DNA of 64,000 nt from an uncultured Bacteroidaceae bacterium (GTDB taxonomy: Bacteria > Bacteroidota > Bacteroidia > Bacteroidales > GCA-2748055), in the NCBI GenBank assembly GCA_964528675.1, contig CAZGTU010000012.1:6477-70476 (forward strand). Direction: 5' to 3'. Made by a program: the position numbers and the translations under genes. The notes under the pieces are model-generated. The model had not been told where the DNA came from. It searched no databases and saw nothing but the letters and a program-made list of their open reading frames with translations. Every line of letters starts with the position of its first letter. Position 1 is the stretch's first letter. Positions 1-9,237 of the stretch are shown piece by piece.

Positions 1-2
1 TT

Positions 3-239
3 TCAGGGGTTGATGAAATACTTGGTATTATTTATGGAATTGATGACAGGATCAATTCACTTATGATATTTGGACATAACCCCGGTTTTACGGATATCTC
101 AAACTATCTTTCTACTGTGAACATTGATAATTTACCCACAACAGGAGTGGTTCATCTAGTTTTTGACACAAAGAAGTGGACAACAATTGGCCGCGATGTT
201 CTGGTGAATGAGAGTTTTGATTTTCCCCGAAAGAACTAG
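3..239 (+). CDS. 3' end of a SixA-like phosphohistidine phosphatase (histidine phosphatase superfamily); 5' end lies outside the window
   Basis: Frame 3 is open from the window edge to TAG 237-239. The translation ...LMIFGHNPGFTDISNYLSTVNIDNLPTTGVVHLVFDTKKW... resembles the C-terminal GHNP / LPT region of SixA. A position just upstream of ppk is common. Confidence 0.5.
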   Translation, partial: SGVDEILGIIYGIDDRINSLMIFGHNPGFTDISNYLSTVNIDNLPTTGVVHLVFDTKKWTTIGRDVLVNESFDFPRKN

Positions 240-260
240 AAAATATTATCTTTGTGGCTT

Positions 261-2324
261 ATGAAAAGCAAAAAACTGACGAATCGGGAAATAAGCTGGT
301 TGTATTTCAATGAGAGGGTACTTCAGGAAGCTGCTGATAAAAATGTGCCTTTAGTTGAGAGAATACGGTTTCTGGGTATTTTTTCCAATAATCTGGATGA
401 ATTTTTTAAGGTCAGGGTTGCAACCATTAAAAGAATGATAGATGTTGAAGAGAAAACAGGACGACCGAACAAGGAAAAACCTAAAGAAATCCTTAATCAG
501 ATTCAGCAGATCGTTATACGTTTGCAAAAAAAATTCGAAGCAATATACGAAGAGATAAAAGAGGAGCTAAGCAAAGAGAGAATAAACATTATAAATGAAA
601 CTCAGCTCAATAAAAAGAAAGCGGAGTTTGTGGATCAATATTTTCAGGAAAAGGTCTTACCCGTGCTTACTCCTATTATGCTCCACAATGTTAAGGAGTT
701 TCCCCGTCTGAAAGATAAATCCATTTACCTTGCTGTAAAAATGACCAGCAAGGATCCTGAAATAGATATGGAATATGCCCTGATCGAAATTCCTACCGAC
801 AGGCTTGGCAGGTTCCTTCTTTTCCCCATCCGTAGCAGGAAATATATTATTTTATTGGACGATGTTATTCGTTTTGACCTGAAAAGCCTTTTCAGCCAGT
901 TTAAGTTTGATCATTTTGAAGCTTATACCGTTAAGCTTACCCGGGATGCAGAGCTTGACATCGACAATGATCTTTCCAAAAGTTTCCTGGAAAAGATCGA
1001 TGAGTCTGTTAGCGATCGAAAAGAAGGACAGGCTGTTCGCTTTGTTTATGACGAGTCAATCCCATCTGACCTCTTGAATTATCTTATTCGAAGGCTCGAA
1101 CTTGATGAAGGAGATAATCTGATCCCGGGTGGAAGATATCACAATTTTAAGGATTTCATGAAATTTCCGAATCTGGGAAAAGACCATCTCAGGCATGAAT
1201 ATAAACCGCCTGTTACACACCCCCGGTTCACGAATAATCATAAAAGTATTTTCAGTATCATTTCAGAAAAAGATGTGATGCTTCATTTCCCTTATCAGAC
1301 ATTTAATCATTACATCAACTGGCTCAGAGAAGCATCCATGGATCCGAATGTAGTTGCTATAAGAACAACCCTTTACCGGGTTGCCAGAAATTCTGCAGTT
1401 ATCAATGCTCTTATCAATGCCGCCCTGAATGGGAAACATGTAGTTGTTAATATTGAATTACAGGCACGTTTTGATGAGAAATCGAATATTTATTGGTCCA
1501 AGAAACTGGAAGAGGCCGGTGTACTGGTTACTTTCGGAATCCAGGGATTGAAGGTCCACTCAAAGTTAACCCTGATAACCCGTCAAGAAAATGGGGAACT
1601 GGTGCATTATGGAGCTGTTGGAACGGGGAACTTTCATGAAGGAACAGCAAATATCTATTCAGATCTTTTAATGTTAACCAAGAACCCGGAAATAAATGAA
1701 GATATCTGGAAGGTATTTGATTTTTTTGATAATACTTACAGAAATTACACTTATAAACATCTGATTGTATCTCCCAATTACCAGCGTAAAAAGCTTACTG
1801 CATTGATCGATAATGAAATAAAAAATGCTCAGAAGGGAATAGAGGCTTACATTATTTTGAAAATTAACAGTCTGGTTGATCGAAAAATGATAGAGAAACT
1901 TTACCAGGCAAATAATGCGGGAGTGAAAATAAAACTAATTGTCAGAGGGATATGCTCCCTGATTCCCGGTGTTAAGGATCAGAGTGAAAATATTGAAGCG
2001 ATTAGCATAGTGGATAAATACCTTGAGCATTCAAGAATTTTTGTTTTTGCCAATGGTGGTGATGAGCTATATTATATCTCTTCAGCTGATTGGATGACAA
2101 GGAACCTGGATCACAGAATTGAGGTGAGCAGCCCTGTTTTTGATAAAGACCTGCAGAAAGAATTAATGGATATCATCAATATTCAACTTAAGGATAATGT
2201 AAAAGCCCGTATAATTGATGAAAAGCAATCCAACCGATATAAGAAAACCAGTTCCGCCAAACCTATACGATCACAAATTGAGCTGAACAATTATTATAAG
2301 GCAATGAGTGAATCGAAAAAATGA
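261..2324 (+). CDS. ppk: polyphosphate kinase 1
   Basis: The 690-aa ORF shows the PPK1 N-terminal signature (NREISWLYFNERVLQEA) and PLD-like C-terminal domains (HSKLTLI, HSRIFVF). ATG 261 is preferred over the TTG at 252 used by the ORF track. Confidence 0.93.
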   Translation: MKSKKLTNREISWLYFNERVLQEAADKNVPLVERIRFLGIFSNNLDEFFKVRVATIKRMIDVEEKTGRPNKEKPKEILNQIQQIVIRLQKKFEAIYEEIKEELSKERINIINETQLNKKKAEFVDQYFQEKVLPVLTPIMLHNVKEFPRLKDKSIYLAVKMTSKDPEIDMEYALIEIPTDRLGRFLLFPIRSRKYIILLDDVIRFDLKSLFSQFKFDHFEAYTVKLTRDAELDIDNDLSKSFLEKIDESVSDRKEGQAVRFVYDESIPSDLLNYLIRRLELDEGDNLIPGGRYHNFKDFMKFPNLGKDHLRHEYKPPVTHPRFTNNHKSIFSIISEKDVMLHFPYQTFNHYINWLREASMDPNVVAIRTTLYRVARNSAVINALINAALNGKHVVVNIELQARFDEKSNIYWSKKLEEAGVLVTFGIQGLKVHSKLTLITRQENGELVHYGAVGTGNFHEGTANIYSDLLMLTKNPEINEDIWKVFDFFDNTYRNYTYKHLIVSPNYQRKKLTALIDNEIKNAQKGIEAYIILKINSLVDRKMIEKLYQANNAGVKIKLIVRGICSLIPGVKDQSENIEAISIVDKYLEHSRIFVFANGGDELYYISSADWMTRNLDHRIEVSSPVFDKDLQKELMDIINIQLKDNVKARIIDEKQSNRYKKTSSAKPIRSQIELNNYYKAMSESKK

Positions 2325-3127
2325 ATTCTTCTATGAATTATGCTGAAGTGTGTAAGGACGTCAGATCAATTGTTCTCGAAACCGCCAAATATATTGAATC
2401 TGAATTAAGAGGTAACTTCCGGGTTTCCAAAGAAGCAAAAGGCAAACATAATTTCGTTACCTATGTGGATAAGAATGCAGAGAAACTGCTTGTGGAAAAA
2501 CTTTCCGAGCTTTTACCGGGATCCGGATTTATTGCTGAGGAAGGAACAAGTGATAAGAAAGGGGAGAGGTACAACTGGGTTATAGATCCAATTGATGGTA
2601 CTACAAATTATATTCATGGTTTGCCTCCTTTTGCAATTTCTGTCGGACTTATGCAGGATAATGAAGTGGTTGTGGGAGTGATATATGAAATAGGGTTGCA
2701 TGAATGTTTTTATGCATGGAAGGAGGGACCCGCCTTCCTCAATGATGCAGAAATTCATGTTACTGATACTGCAAAAGTTTCTGACGCTTTAATTGCTACA
2801 GGTTTTCCTTATACAGATTATAAATATCTCGATGGTTTTATGGAGAGTATAAGGTACTTTATGAAAAATTCTCATGGCTTACGAAGGCTGGGCTCTGCTG
2901 CCACGGATATAGCTTACACCGCCTGCGGCCGGTTTGATGGTTTTTATGAATATGGCCTTCACCCCTGGGATGTTGCTGCCGGATCACTGATATTGAAGCA
3001 GGCAGGCGGCAAGGTGGGAAATTTCGAAGGTAAACCGGATTATTTATTCAGTGAAGAGATTATTGCGTCTAATTCCTCTATATTTAATGAATTTCAACAA
3101 GTTATAAGGAAATTAATAAGAGAATGA
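2321..3127 (+). CDS. inositol monophosphatase family protein (SuhB-like)
   Basis: IMPase motifs WVIDPIDGTTNY and WDVAAG are present. The ATGA start/stop overlap with ppk indicates translational coupling. Confidence 0.85.
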   Translation: MNSSMNYAEVCKDVRSIVLETAKYIESELRGNFRVSKEAKGKHNFVTYVDKNAEKLLVEKLSELLPGSGFIAEEGTSDKKGERYNWVIDPIDGTTNYIHGLPPFAISVGLMQDNEVVVGVIYEIGLHECFYAWKEGPAFLNDAEIHVTDTAKVSDALIATGFPYTDYKYLDGFMESIRYFMKNSHGLRRLGSAATDIAYTACGRFDGFYEYGLHPWDVAAGSLILKQAGGKVGNFEGKPDYLFSEEIIASNSSIFNEFQQVIRKLIRE

Positions 3128-4065
3128 TCAAAGCATTTTTTTCCGGCCTGACATTTTTCATTTTAAGATTATTTTCTTTCTTGCCTTTTTCTATTCTCAG
3201 AGTTATAGAAAGGATTATTTTCTTTCTTCTTGACAAGATCGTGCATTACAGGGGAAATGTTATTATGATCAATCTGAAAAATGCTTTTCCTGATAGAACT
3301 GAAAAAGAGTTAAAACAGATAAAAACAAGGTTTTACCGTTATTTTTCAAGACTGGTAATTGAAAATGTTAAAATGTTCAACCTTTCATGTAAAGAACTTG
3401 AAAAGTACATTTACCTTGAAAACCCTGATCTTTTAAATAATTATTTTGAAAAGGGAAAAGACGTTGCAGTCATGTCTGCACATTATGGCAACTGGGAATG
3501 GTTGCTGGGTTTGCGAAAGTATATTCCGCATCATCCTGTGGCCATTTATAAACCATTAAATAACAAATTTTTCGATCATTTGATCAAACATCAACGTTCA
3601 AGGTATGATACCGAACTTGTAAATATGCGAGAAATTCCGCGGGTTTTATTAAAACATGCTGCCAATAAATTGAAAGTGCTTAGCGTTTTTATTTCAGATC
3701 AATCACCTGTATGGGAAGAAATTCAATACTGGACCCATTTTATGAATCAGGATACTCCCGTATATCTGGGACCTGAAAAACTGGCAAAAAAAATGAATAT
3801 GGCTGTTGTCTATTTCCGTGTTAAAATACGGGAGAGAAACAGGTACTCGGTAGAAGCAATTCCCATAACAGATGAGGCTTCCAAAACTGAAAAGTTTCAG
3901 GTCACAGAGCGTTACTTTGAATTGTTGGAAGAGGATATCCGTAAGGCTCCTGAATATTGGCTGTGGTCTCATCGCAGATGGAAACTGACTGAAAAAAGGA
4001 AACGCCTGGAGAAACAGGGAATTTACAGATTTGATGGGAAAATGAGAAAAAAGACATTATGTTAA
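3124..4065 (+). CDS. lipid A biosynthesis / lysophospholipid acyltransferase family protein (LpxL/HtrB-like)
   Basis: N-terminal membrane anchor and an HxGNWEW catalytic-region motif (AHYGNWEWL). ATGA overlap with the upstream gene. Confidence 0.72.
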   Translation: MIKAFFSGLTFFILRLFSFLPFSILRVIERIIFFLLDKIVHYRGNVIMINLKNAFPDRTEKELKQIKTRFYRYFSRLVIENVKMFNLSCKELEKYIYLENPDLLNNYFEKGKDVAVMSAHYGNWEWLLGLRKYIPHHPVAIYKPLNNKFFDHLIKHQRSRYDTELVNMREIPRVLLKHAANKLKVLSVFISDQSPVWEEIQYWTHFMNQDTPVYLGPEKLAKKMNMAVVYFRVKIRERNRYSVEAIPITDEASKTEKFQVTERYFELLEEDIRKAPEYWLWSHRRWKLTEKRKRLEKQGIYRFDGKMRKKTLC

Positions 4066-5105
4066 AAGTTGCAGTGGTAATATTGAACTGGAATGGTGCG
4101 AACTATTTGAAAAGGTTTCTCCCGGGCGTTATCTCCAGTTCTGATATTCACGGAGTAAAGATATTTGTTGCTGACAATGCGTCTTCTGATGATTCTCTTG
4201 ATATACTGGAAAAAGATTTTACGGAGGTTGAAGTTCTGAAATTTGATAAAAATTATGGTTTCGCGGAAGGTTATAACCGGGCCTTATCTCAGATTGAATC
4301 AGAATATTTTCTCCTTTTGAATTCGGATGTAGAGGTGAGCACAAACTGGTTGCACCAACTCATCAAAGTGATGGATTCAGATCCTTTGGTAGCTGCCTGT
4401 GCCCCAAAAATAAAGTCCTATGAAATGAAAGATTACTTTGAATATGCCGGGGCAGCAGGAGGATATATAGATAAATACGGTTATGCATTTTGCCAGGGAA
4501 GGATTTTTGATGCCCTGGAACCTGATTACGGACAATATGATAAACCCAGGGAGATATTCTGGACAACAGGTGCCTGCATGTTTGTGAGGGCACCCCTTTA
4601 TAAACTTGCGGGTGGGTTTGATCCTCAGTTTTTTGCGCATTTCGAAGAAATAGACCTATGCTGGAGATTAAAGAATCGGGGATATAAATTAATGTATGTT
4701 CCTGAATCAACTATATTTCATGTTGGGGGAGGGGCTTTGCCACGGACAAATCCCAGGAAGACCTATTTAAATTTTCGGAACAGTCTTTTTACACTGTATA
4801 AAAATTTGCCCTCGAACCGGGTTTTCCCGGTAATCGTTTACCGTTTATTCATGGATTTTCTTTCAATGGCGCGTTTTCTCAGGAGTGGAAAGATTCGGGA
4901 TATTGCAGCCATATTCAGAGCACACTGGTCATTTTATTCAAGGGTCAGAAAGTACCGTAAATTCAGGAAACAGGAGAAAAAGTTCATCAGTAAATATGAT
5001 CATAAGGAAATTTATCCGCGAAGCATTGTATGGGACTATTTTCTCAGAAAGAAATACACTTTTTTATCTCTGAGATGGTTTGTGAAGCAGGAGACTAAAC
5101 AGTAG
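4059..5105 (+). CDS. glycosyltransferase family 2 protein
   Basis: GT2 hallmarks: VAVVILNWNG, DNASSD, NSD, and EEIDLCWR (the ED motif region). It overlaps the upstream gene by 7 nt. Confidence 0.85.
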   Translation: MLKVAVVILNWNGANYLKRFLPGVISSSDIHGVKIFVADNASSDDSLDILEKDFTEVEVLKFDKNYGFAEGYNRALSQIESEYFLLLNSDVEVSTNWLHQLIKVMDSDPLVAACAPKIKSYEMKDYFEYAGAAGGYIDKYGYAFCQGRIFDALEPDYGQYDKPREIFWTTGACMFVRAPLYKLAGGFDPQFFAHFEEIDLCWRLKNRGYKLMYVPESTIFHVGGGALPRTNPRKTYLNFRNSLFTLYKNLPSNRVFPVIVYRLFMDFLSMARFLRSGKIRDIAAIFRAHWSFYSRVRKYRKFRKQEKKFISKYDHKEIYPRSIVWDYFLRKKYTFLSLRWFVKQETKQ

Positions 5106-5125
5106 AGAGGATGTTATCAAAATTC

Positions 5126-6427
5126 TCACAGTACTTTTAAGAGTTTTTCCAGGGCTATTCCTCTGCTTCCCTTAATAAGAATCAAATTATTGGTAACAGG
5201 AGATATGTTAAAATGTTCATATAAATCAGAAACTGAACTGTAAAAATCAAACTTAAATTTATCACTGTGTTTCTTGAATTCTTTACCTACGAGATAAACT
5301 TTGTTAAAATCATACTCCTCAAGTTGTTCTAAGATTTTTTTATGTTCTTCACTTGAATATTTCCCGAGTTCAAGCATATCCCCCAGAATTACAATCTTCT
5401 TGTCATTCTTCATTTTAATGAAATTATCGATTGCTTCCTTCATACTGGTGGGATTGGCATTATAAGCATCGGAAATAACAAGGTTCTTGTCGGTTTCTAT
5501 GAATTGAGACCGGTTAAGACTGTTTTTAAATGATTGAAGTCCCATAATTATTTCATCGGGAGAGATTTTGAAATAATTACCAATACAGGCAGCTGCCAGT
5601 ATGTTCTCGAGATTATAGGAACCTGTGAGATTGACAATAGCCTCTGAAGTTTTTCTTTCTTTTAAGAACTTTATTCCTACCTGGAGTTTTTCTTTGCTAT
5701 CGATGATGAATCCGTCACATAAAGGATCCGTACCATCAATGTAAAATACTTTTTGCAGGTTATCCAGATCTGAAAGTTCGATTAGTGTTTCATTGCTGCC
5801 ATTTATGAATATTGTTCCTTCTTTTTCAGCGAGGTAACGGTAGAGTTCCGATTTGGTTTTTTTCACCCCTTCAAAGGAGCCAAAACCTTCAAGATGTGCT
5901 TTGCCGATGTTGGTTATGATACCATAATCCGGTTTTGCGATTCTGCAAAGGAAATCAATTTCACCAGGATGATTCGCTCCCATCTCTATAATTGCCAGAT
6001 CTTCATCCCTGATTTTTAAGACCGTCAGGGGAACGCCTATATGATTATTCAGGTTACCTGAAGTGGCCAGTGTACTATATTTCCGGGACAATACTGCATG
6101 CATTAATTCTTTTGTTGTTGTTTTTCCGTTGGATCCTGTTATTCCAATGAAGGGAATTTGTAGCTGATCCCGGTGAATCCTGGCAAGCTCCTGCAATTTT
6201 TCCAAACAATTATCAACAAGGAAGTATCTGTCATCCCGGATCACTGCGGGATTATCAACCACTGCAAGGCTACACCCTCCTTCTAGAGCGGCAGAAGCAA
6301 ATTCATTCCCGTCAAAATTTTCCCCCTTTATAGCAATGAATAGCAGGTTTTTATCTGCTTTTCTGCTGTCAATGCATATTCCTGAAGATTTGAGATAATA
6401 ATTGTATAATAATTCAGTATTTTTCAT
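5126..6427 (-). CDS. murF: UDP-N-acetylmuramoyl-tripeptide--D-alanyl-D-alanine ligase
   Basis: Mur ligase P-loop GITGSNGKTTTKE and the MurF-like C-terminal LIKGSRG. ATG 6427 (MKNTELLY...) is preferred over the longer track ORF. Confidence 0.9.
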   Translation of the reverse strand: MKNTELLYNYYLKSSGICIDSRKADKNLLFIAIKGENFDGNEFASAALEGGCSLAVVDNPAVIRDDRYFLVDNCLEKLQELARIHRDQLQIPFIGITGSNGKTTTKELMHAVLSRKYSTLATSGNLNNHIGVPLTVLKIRDEDLAIIEMGANHPGEIDFLCRIAKPDYGIITNIGKAHLEGFGSFEGVKKTKSELYRYLAEKEGTIFINGSNETLIELSDLDNLQKVFYIDGTDPLCDGFIIDSKEKLQVGIKFLKERKTSEAIVNLTGSYNLENILAAACIGNYFKISPDEIIMGLQSFKNSLNRSQFIETDKNLVISDAYNANPTSMKEAIDNFIKMKNDKKIVILGDMLELGKYSSEEHKKILEQLEEYDFNKVYLVGKEFKKHSDKFKFDFYSSVSDLYEHFNISPVTNNLILIKGSRGIALEKLLKVL

Positions 6428-6480
6428 GCGATGCAAGATAAATTTTTTATCAGTTTGTTTGTGAAAATTTAGCAATAAAA

Positions 6481-6510
6481 AAAAAGACCATCATAATGAT
6501 GGCCTTTAAA
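6481..6510 (-). terminator. intrinsic terminator downstream of gldJ
   Basis: The minus-strand RNA reads AGGCCATCAT-T-ATGATGGTCT followed by a run of T. It lies between the gldJ stop and the murF start. Confidence 0.55.
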
Positions 6511-6533
6511 ATCCGCTAATTTTAAATGTTTTT

Positions 6534-8048
6534 TTAAAATCCGGTGGGTGTACCCACTCTTGTCATTGCACAACGGAAACCTATATCGTCTCGGGCTTCT
6601 GTTTCAAGAAGGAATCTTCTTGTACCGGGGCTAAGATAGTAAGCCCTGTCTTTCCAGGATCCACCTTTATAAACTCTTACCCTGTCATTGATAAGAGAAG
6701 ATTTCTCATACTCATTGTTAACATACATGTTGTCGGTACCTTTTTGATAAGCTTCTGAGGCAGTGTCTGTTTCAGCATAAAACATTGAAGAATTAAGGTC
6801 GCCGTCACGATAATTTCTGTAATCCGATTTCCTGTAATTGAATCTGTTTTCGGCATCAGCTTCAGTAATAGGTTCTCTGATTACCCTGCCCAGACTGTCT
6901 ACCTGGGGCATATTATCGTTGGCAGGATCTTGATAAATCTTGTCAAACTGGTTTCCACGGTATGGATTGAATTCGCTTACATCCTGGAATGAGAGTGGTC
7001 TGTAAACATCAGAAACCCATTCATTAACATTTCCAGCCATGCAGTAGAGTCCATAATCATTTGGCCAGAAAGATTTTACAGGAGTGGTAATGGAACCTGC
7101 ATCGTTAAGTGAACCGGCAACTCCCATCATATCGCCTTTACCTCTCTGGAAATTGGCTCTCATTTCACCCATATGCCTGGGAGCATCATTTCTTACATTA
7201 TGTCCGTTCCATGGATATATTTTTCTTTCCCATACCAGTTCATCCACTGTGTTTCCGCGAAGCGCATATGCAGCAAATTCCCATTCTGCTTCGGTGGGAA
7301 GACGGTATTTTGGAAGAAGCAGTCCATCCTCAAGTTTGAGATCCCTGGTATCTTTATTCGGGTTAAGACTTTCAATGGCATTTCTGTAAGTCGGCTTATA
7401 AATACCCAGCAGGAATGCTTCAGTGTTGAAATGGTTTTCTCCTTTCTGGTCGGTAGATAATTCGATAATGCCCTCATTTACAAGAAGCATTTCATTCACC
7501 CTGTCGGTTCTCCAGATACAGTAATCGTTTGCCTGTAACCAGTTAACGCCAACTACGGGGTATTGGTTAAAGGTGGGATGACGGAAATAATATTCAACAT
7601 AAGGTTCGTTGTAAGCCATAGGGTTTCTCCATACCAGAGTATCCGGAAGAGCCCGGTTTACAACATTCCTTTGCGGATCTACATCCTCGCTGAATATTCT
7701 CTCCAGCCAGTAGAGGTATTCACGATAATCAACGTTCCTCACCTCTGTTTCATCCATATAAAATGAAGAGACAGTAACTCTCCTGGGAACTGCATTCCAT
7801 TCATACATCACGTCATCCTGAACACGGCCCATGGTAAAGGTACCTCCTTCGATGAGTACAAGACCGGGTCCGGTTTCTTGTTCAACTGCATTCTTTACTT
7901 CAAATCCACCACTTGCGGGGTCGTTATACTCCCATCCTGTTGTGGATGAAGCTTTTCCTGTTGATGTTAAGTCCTGATTGCCACCACATGAATAAAGCAT
8001 TGCTAATGCAATAATGATGACCGGGAAACTTTTCAGTTTGATTTTCAT
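6534..8048 (-). CDS. gldJ: gliding motility lipoprotein GldJ (SUMF1/FGE-fold)
   Basis: Lipoprotein signal MKIKLKSFPVIIIALAMLYSC and a sulfatase-modifying-factor-like domain. Synteny with murF, porU and porV matches what I recall for Flavobacterium johnsoniae. Confidence 0.82.
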   Translation of the reverse strand: MKIKLKSFPVIIIALAMLYSCGGNQDLTSTGKASSTTGWEYNDPASGGFEVKNAVEQETGPGLVLIEGGTFTMGRVQDDVMYEWNAVPRRVTVSSFYMDETEVRNVDYREYLYWLERIFSEDVDPQRNVVNRALPDTLVWRNPMAYNEPYVEYYFRHPTFNQYPVVGVNWLQANDYCIWRTDRVNEMLLVNEGIIELSTDQKGENHFNTEAFLLGIYKPTYRNAIESLNPNKDTRDLKLEDGLLLPKYRLPTEAEWEFAAYALRGNTVDELVWERKIYPWNGHNVRNDAPRHMGEMRANFQRGKGDMMGVAGSLNDAGSITTPVKSFWPNDYGLYCMAGNVNEWVSDVYRPLSFQDVSEFNPYRGNQFDKIYQDPANDNMPQVDSLGRVIREPITEADAENRFNYRKSDYRNYRDGDLNSSMFYAETDTASEAYQKGTDNMYVNNEYEKSSLINDRVRVYKGGSWKDRAYYLSPGTRRFLLETEARDDIGFRCAMTRVGTPTGF

Positions 8049-8108
8049 AGTGTTACAGCTTTGCTTTTTTATGAAATATCTGTTTAAAATATTTAATTTC
8101 AAAAATAA

Positions 8109-9095
8109 CTAAATTTTAGGACATTTTATTGCCCTGTGTTTCTTTTTCTTTTTACCATCTATTGTTAATATCAGTGACAACTCGTGAGCCCCTAAATTCG
8201 GGATATGCACTGATGGTAACGATAGTTGCTGGTCATAACTATAACGAAATCTGTAATTTTTTGTTACGTAGCCTGCAGAAAAAATTAATGATCCGAATTT
8301 AATACCTAAATTTTGCCTTAACCAGATTCCTAAAATGAACTGATCCTGAATGACCCCTTCCATACCATATATAATCTGGCTGAAACTTTTTTGCTGCTGA
8401 TAGATTATGTTGGGAGAGATCTGAACTACTTCTTTTCCTAACCTTCTTTCATAAACAGGTATGATACCTCCTGCAAATAGGACAACTTTTCTCGGAAGTC
8501 GGGCATTTGGATCAGAACTGACGGAAGGATTAGGCCTCAAAAGATGAGAAACGGAAGCACCTCCGTAAAAATTTTCATAAAAACCTACCAAACCTGCACT
8601 AAAATCAGGATAAGCGGAATTCTGACTGTATAAAATATCACCTGTGGGATTTGTAAATTCTCCTGTTCGTGGATTGATCATATCACCAAGCACCACATCT
8701 GAAGTATTCAGGCTCCTCTGAGCATAACTTGCATCAATACCTGCACTGACACTGAATCTCCTTGTAATTTTAATATGATAGGAGTATAAAAGTCCCAGTT
8801 CGAATTGCTTTATTGTCCCGTTGCCCTGAATATCATTCATTAATCTTATTCCAAACCCTCCGTGCATATGATCGATATATTGATCATAGGATGCCGAATA
8901 TGTTACATAATTACCACTGATAGACGGCCATTGATTCCTGTAATTTATGAAAGCTCTTCGAATATTTTTTTCAATTCCTGTAAACCCTGGATTCAGGTAT
9001 AAGCGATTGGCATAAAACTGTGAAAAACTCGGGTCCTGTCCCGAAAGATTTACCCGGAAAAGAATAATGATAAGAATGATTCCTGTTAGCTTTAT
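8109..9095 (-). CDS. PorP/SprF family T9SS membrane protein; the full-length frame has no canonical start codon
   Basis: The track ORF (8109-8867) is open a further 76 codons upstream. That extension encodes IKLTGIILIIILFRVNLSGQDPSFSQFYANRLYLNPGFTGI, a signal peptide plus the conserved PorP/SprF N-terminus. There is no in-frame ATG, GTG or TTG between the upstream stop and 8867. ATA at 9095-9093 sits where the Met is expected. Confidence 0.75.
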   Translation of the reverse strand: MKLTGIILIIILFRVNLSGQDPSFSQFYANRLYLNPGFTGIEKNIRRAFINYRNQWPSISGNYVTYSASYDQYIDHMHGGFGIRLMNDIQGNGTIKQFELGLLYSYHIKITRRFSVSAGIDASYAQRSLNTSDVVLGDMINPRTGEFTNPTGDILYSQNSAYPDFSAGLVGFYENFYGGASVSHLLRPNPSVSSDPNARLPRKVVLFAGGIIPVYERRLGKEVVQISPNIIYQQQKSFSQIIYGMEGVIQDQFILGIWLRQNLGIKFGSLIFSAGYVTKNYRFRYSYDQQLSLPSVHIPNLGAHELSLILTIDGKKKKKHRAIKCPKI

Positions 9096-9237
9096 GGGAA
9101 CATTCTCTATTGAGGGCTTGTATTTAAAGGTGATTCCGATGGCAATAAAATATTGTTAAACTACGTTTTATGAAACGAAAAATCTGGATTTTTGTTATAT
9201 CTTCATCTTTATTACTAAAAATTAATGCTTTAAGCTA

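Noticed and set aside
7084-7477. Cluster of 76-101-aa ORFs on both strands inside gldJ
   Set aside because: They lie entirely within the well-supported gldJ frame, show no recognisable motifs, and are typical shadow ORFs. The same applies to the other short antisense ORFs in the track, for example those within porU, fucI, the amidohydrolase gene, the propeller protein gene, the TBDR gene and dnaK.
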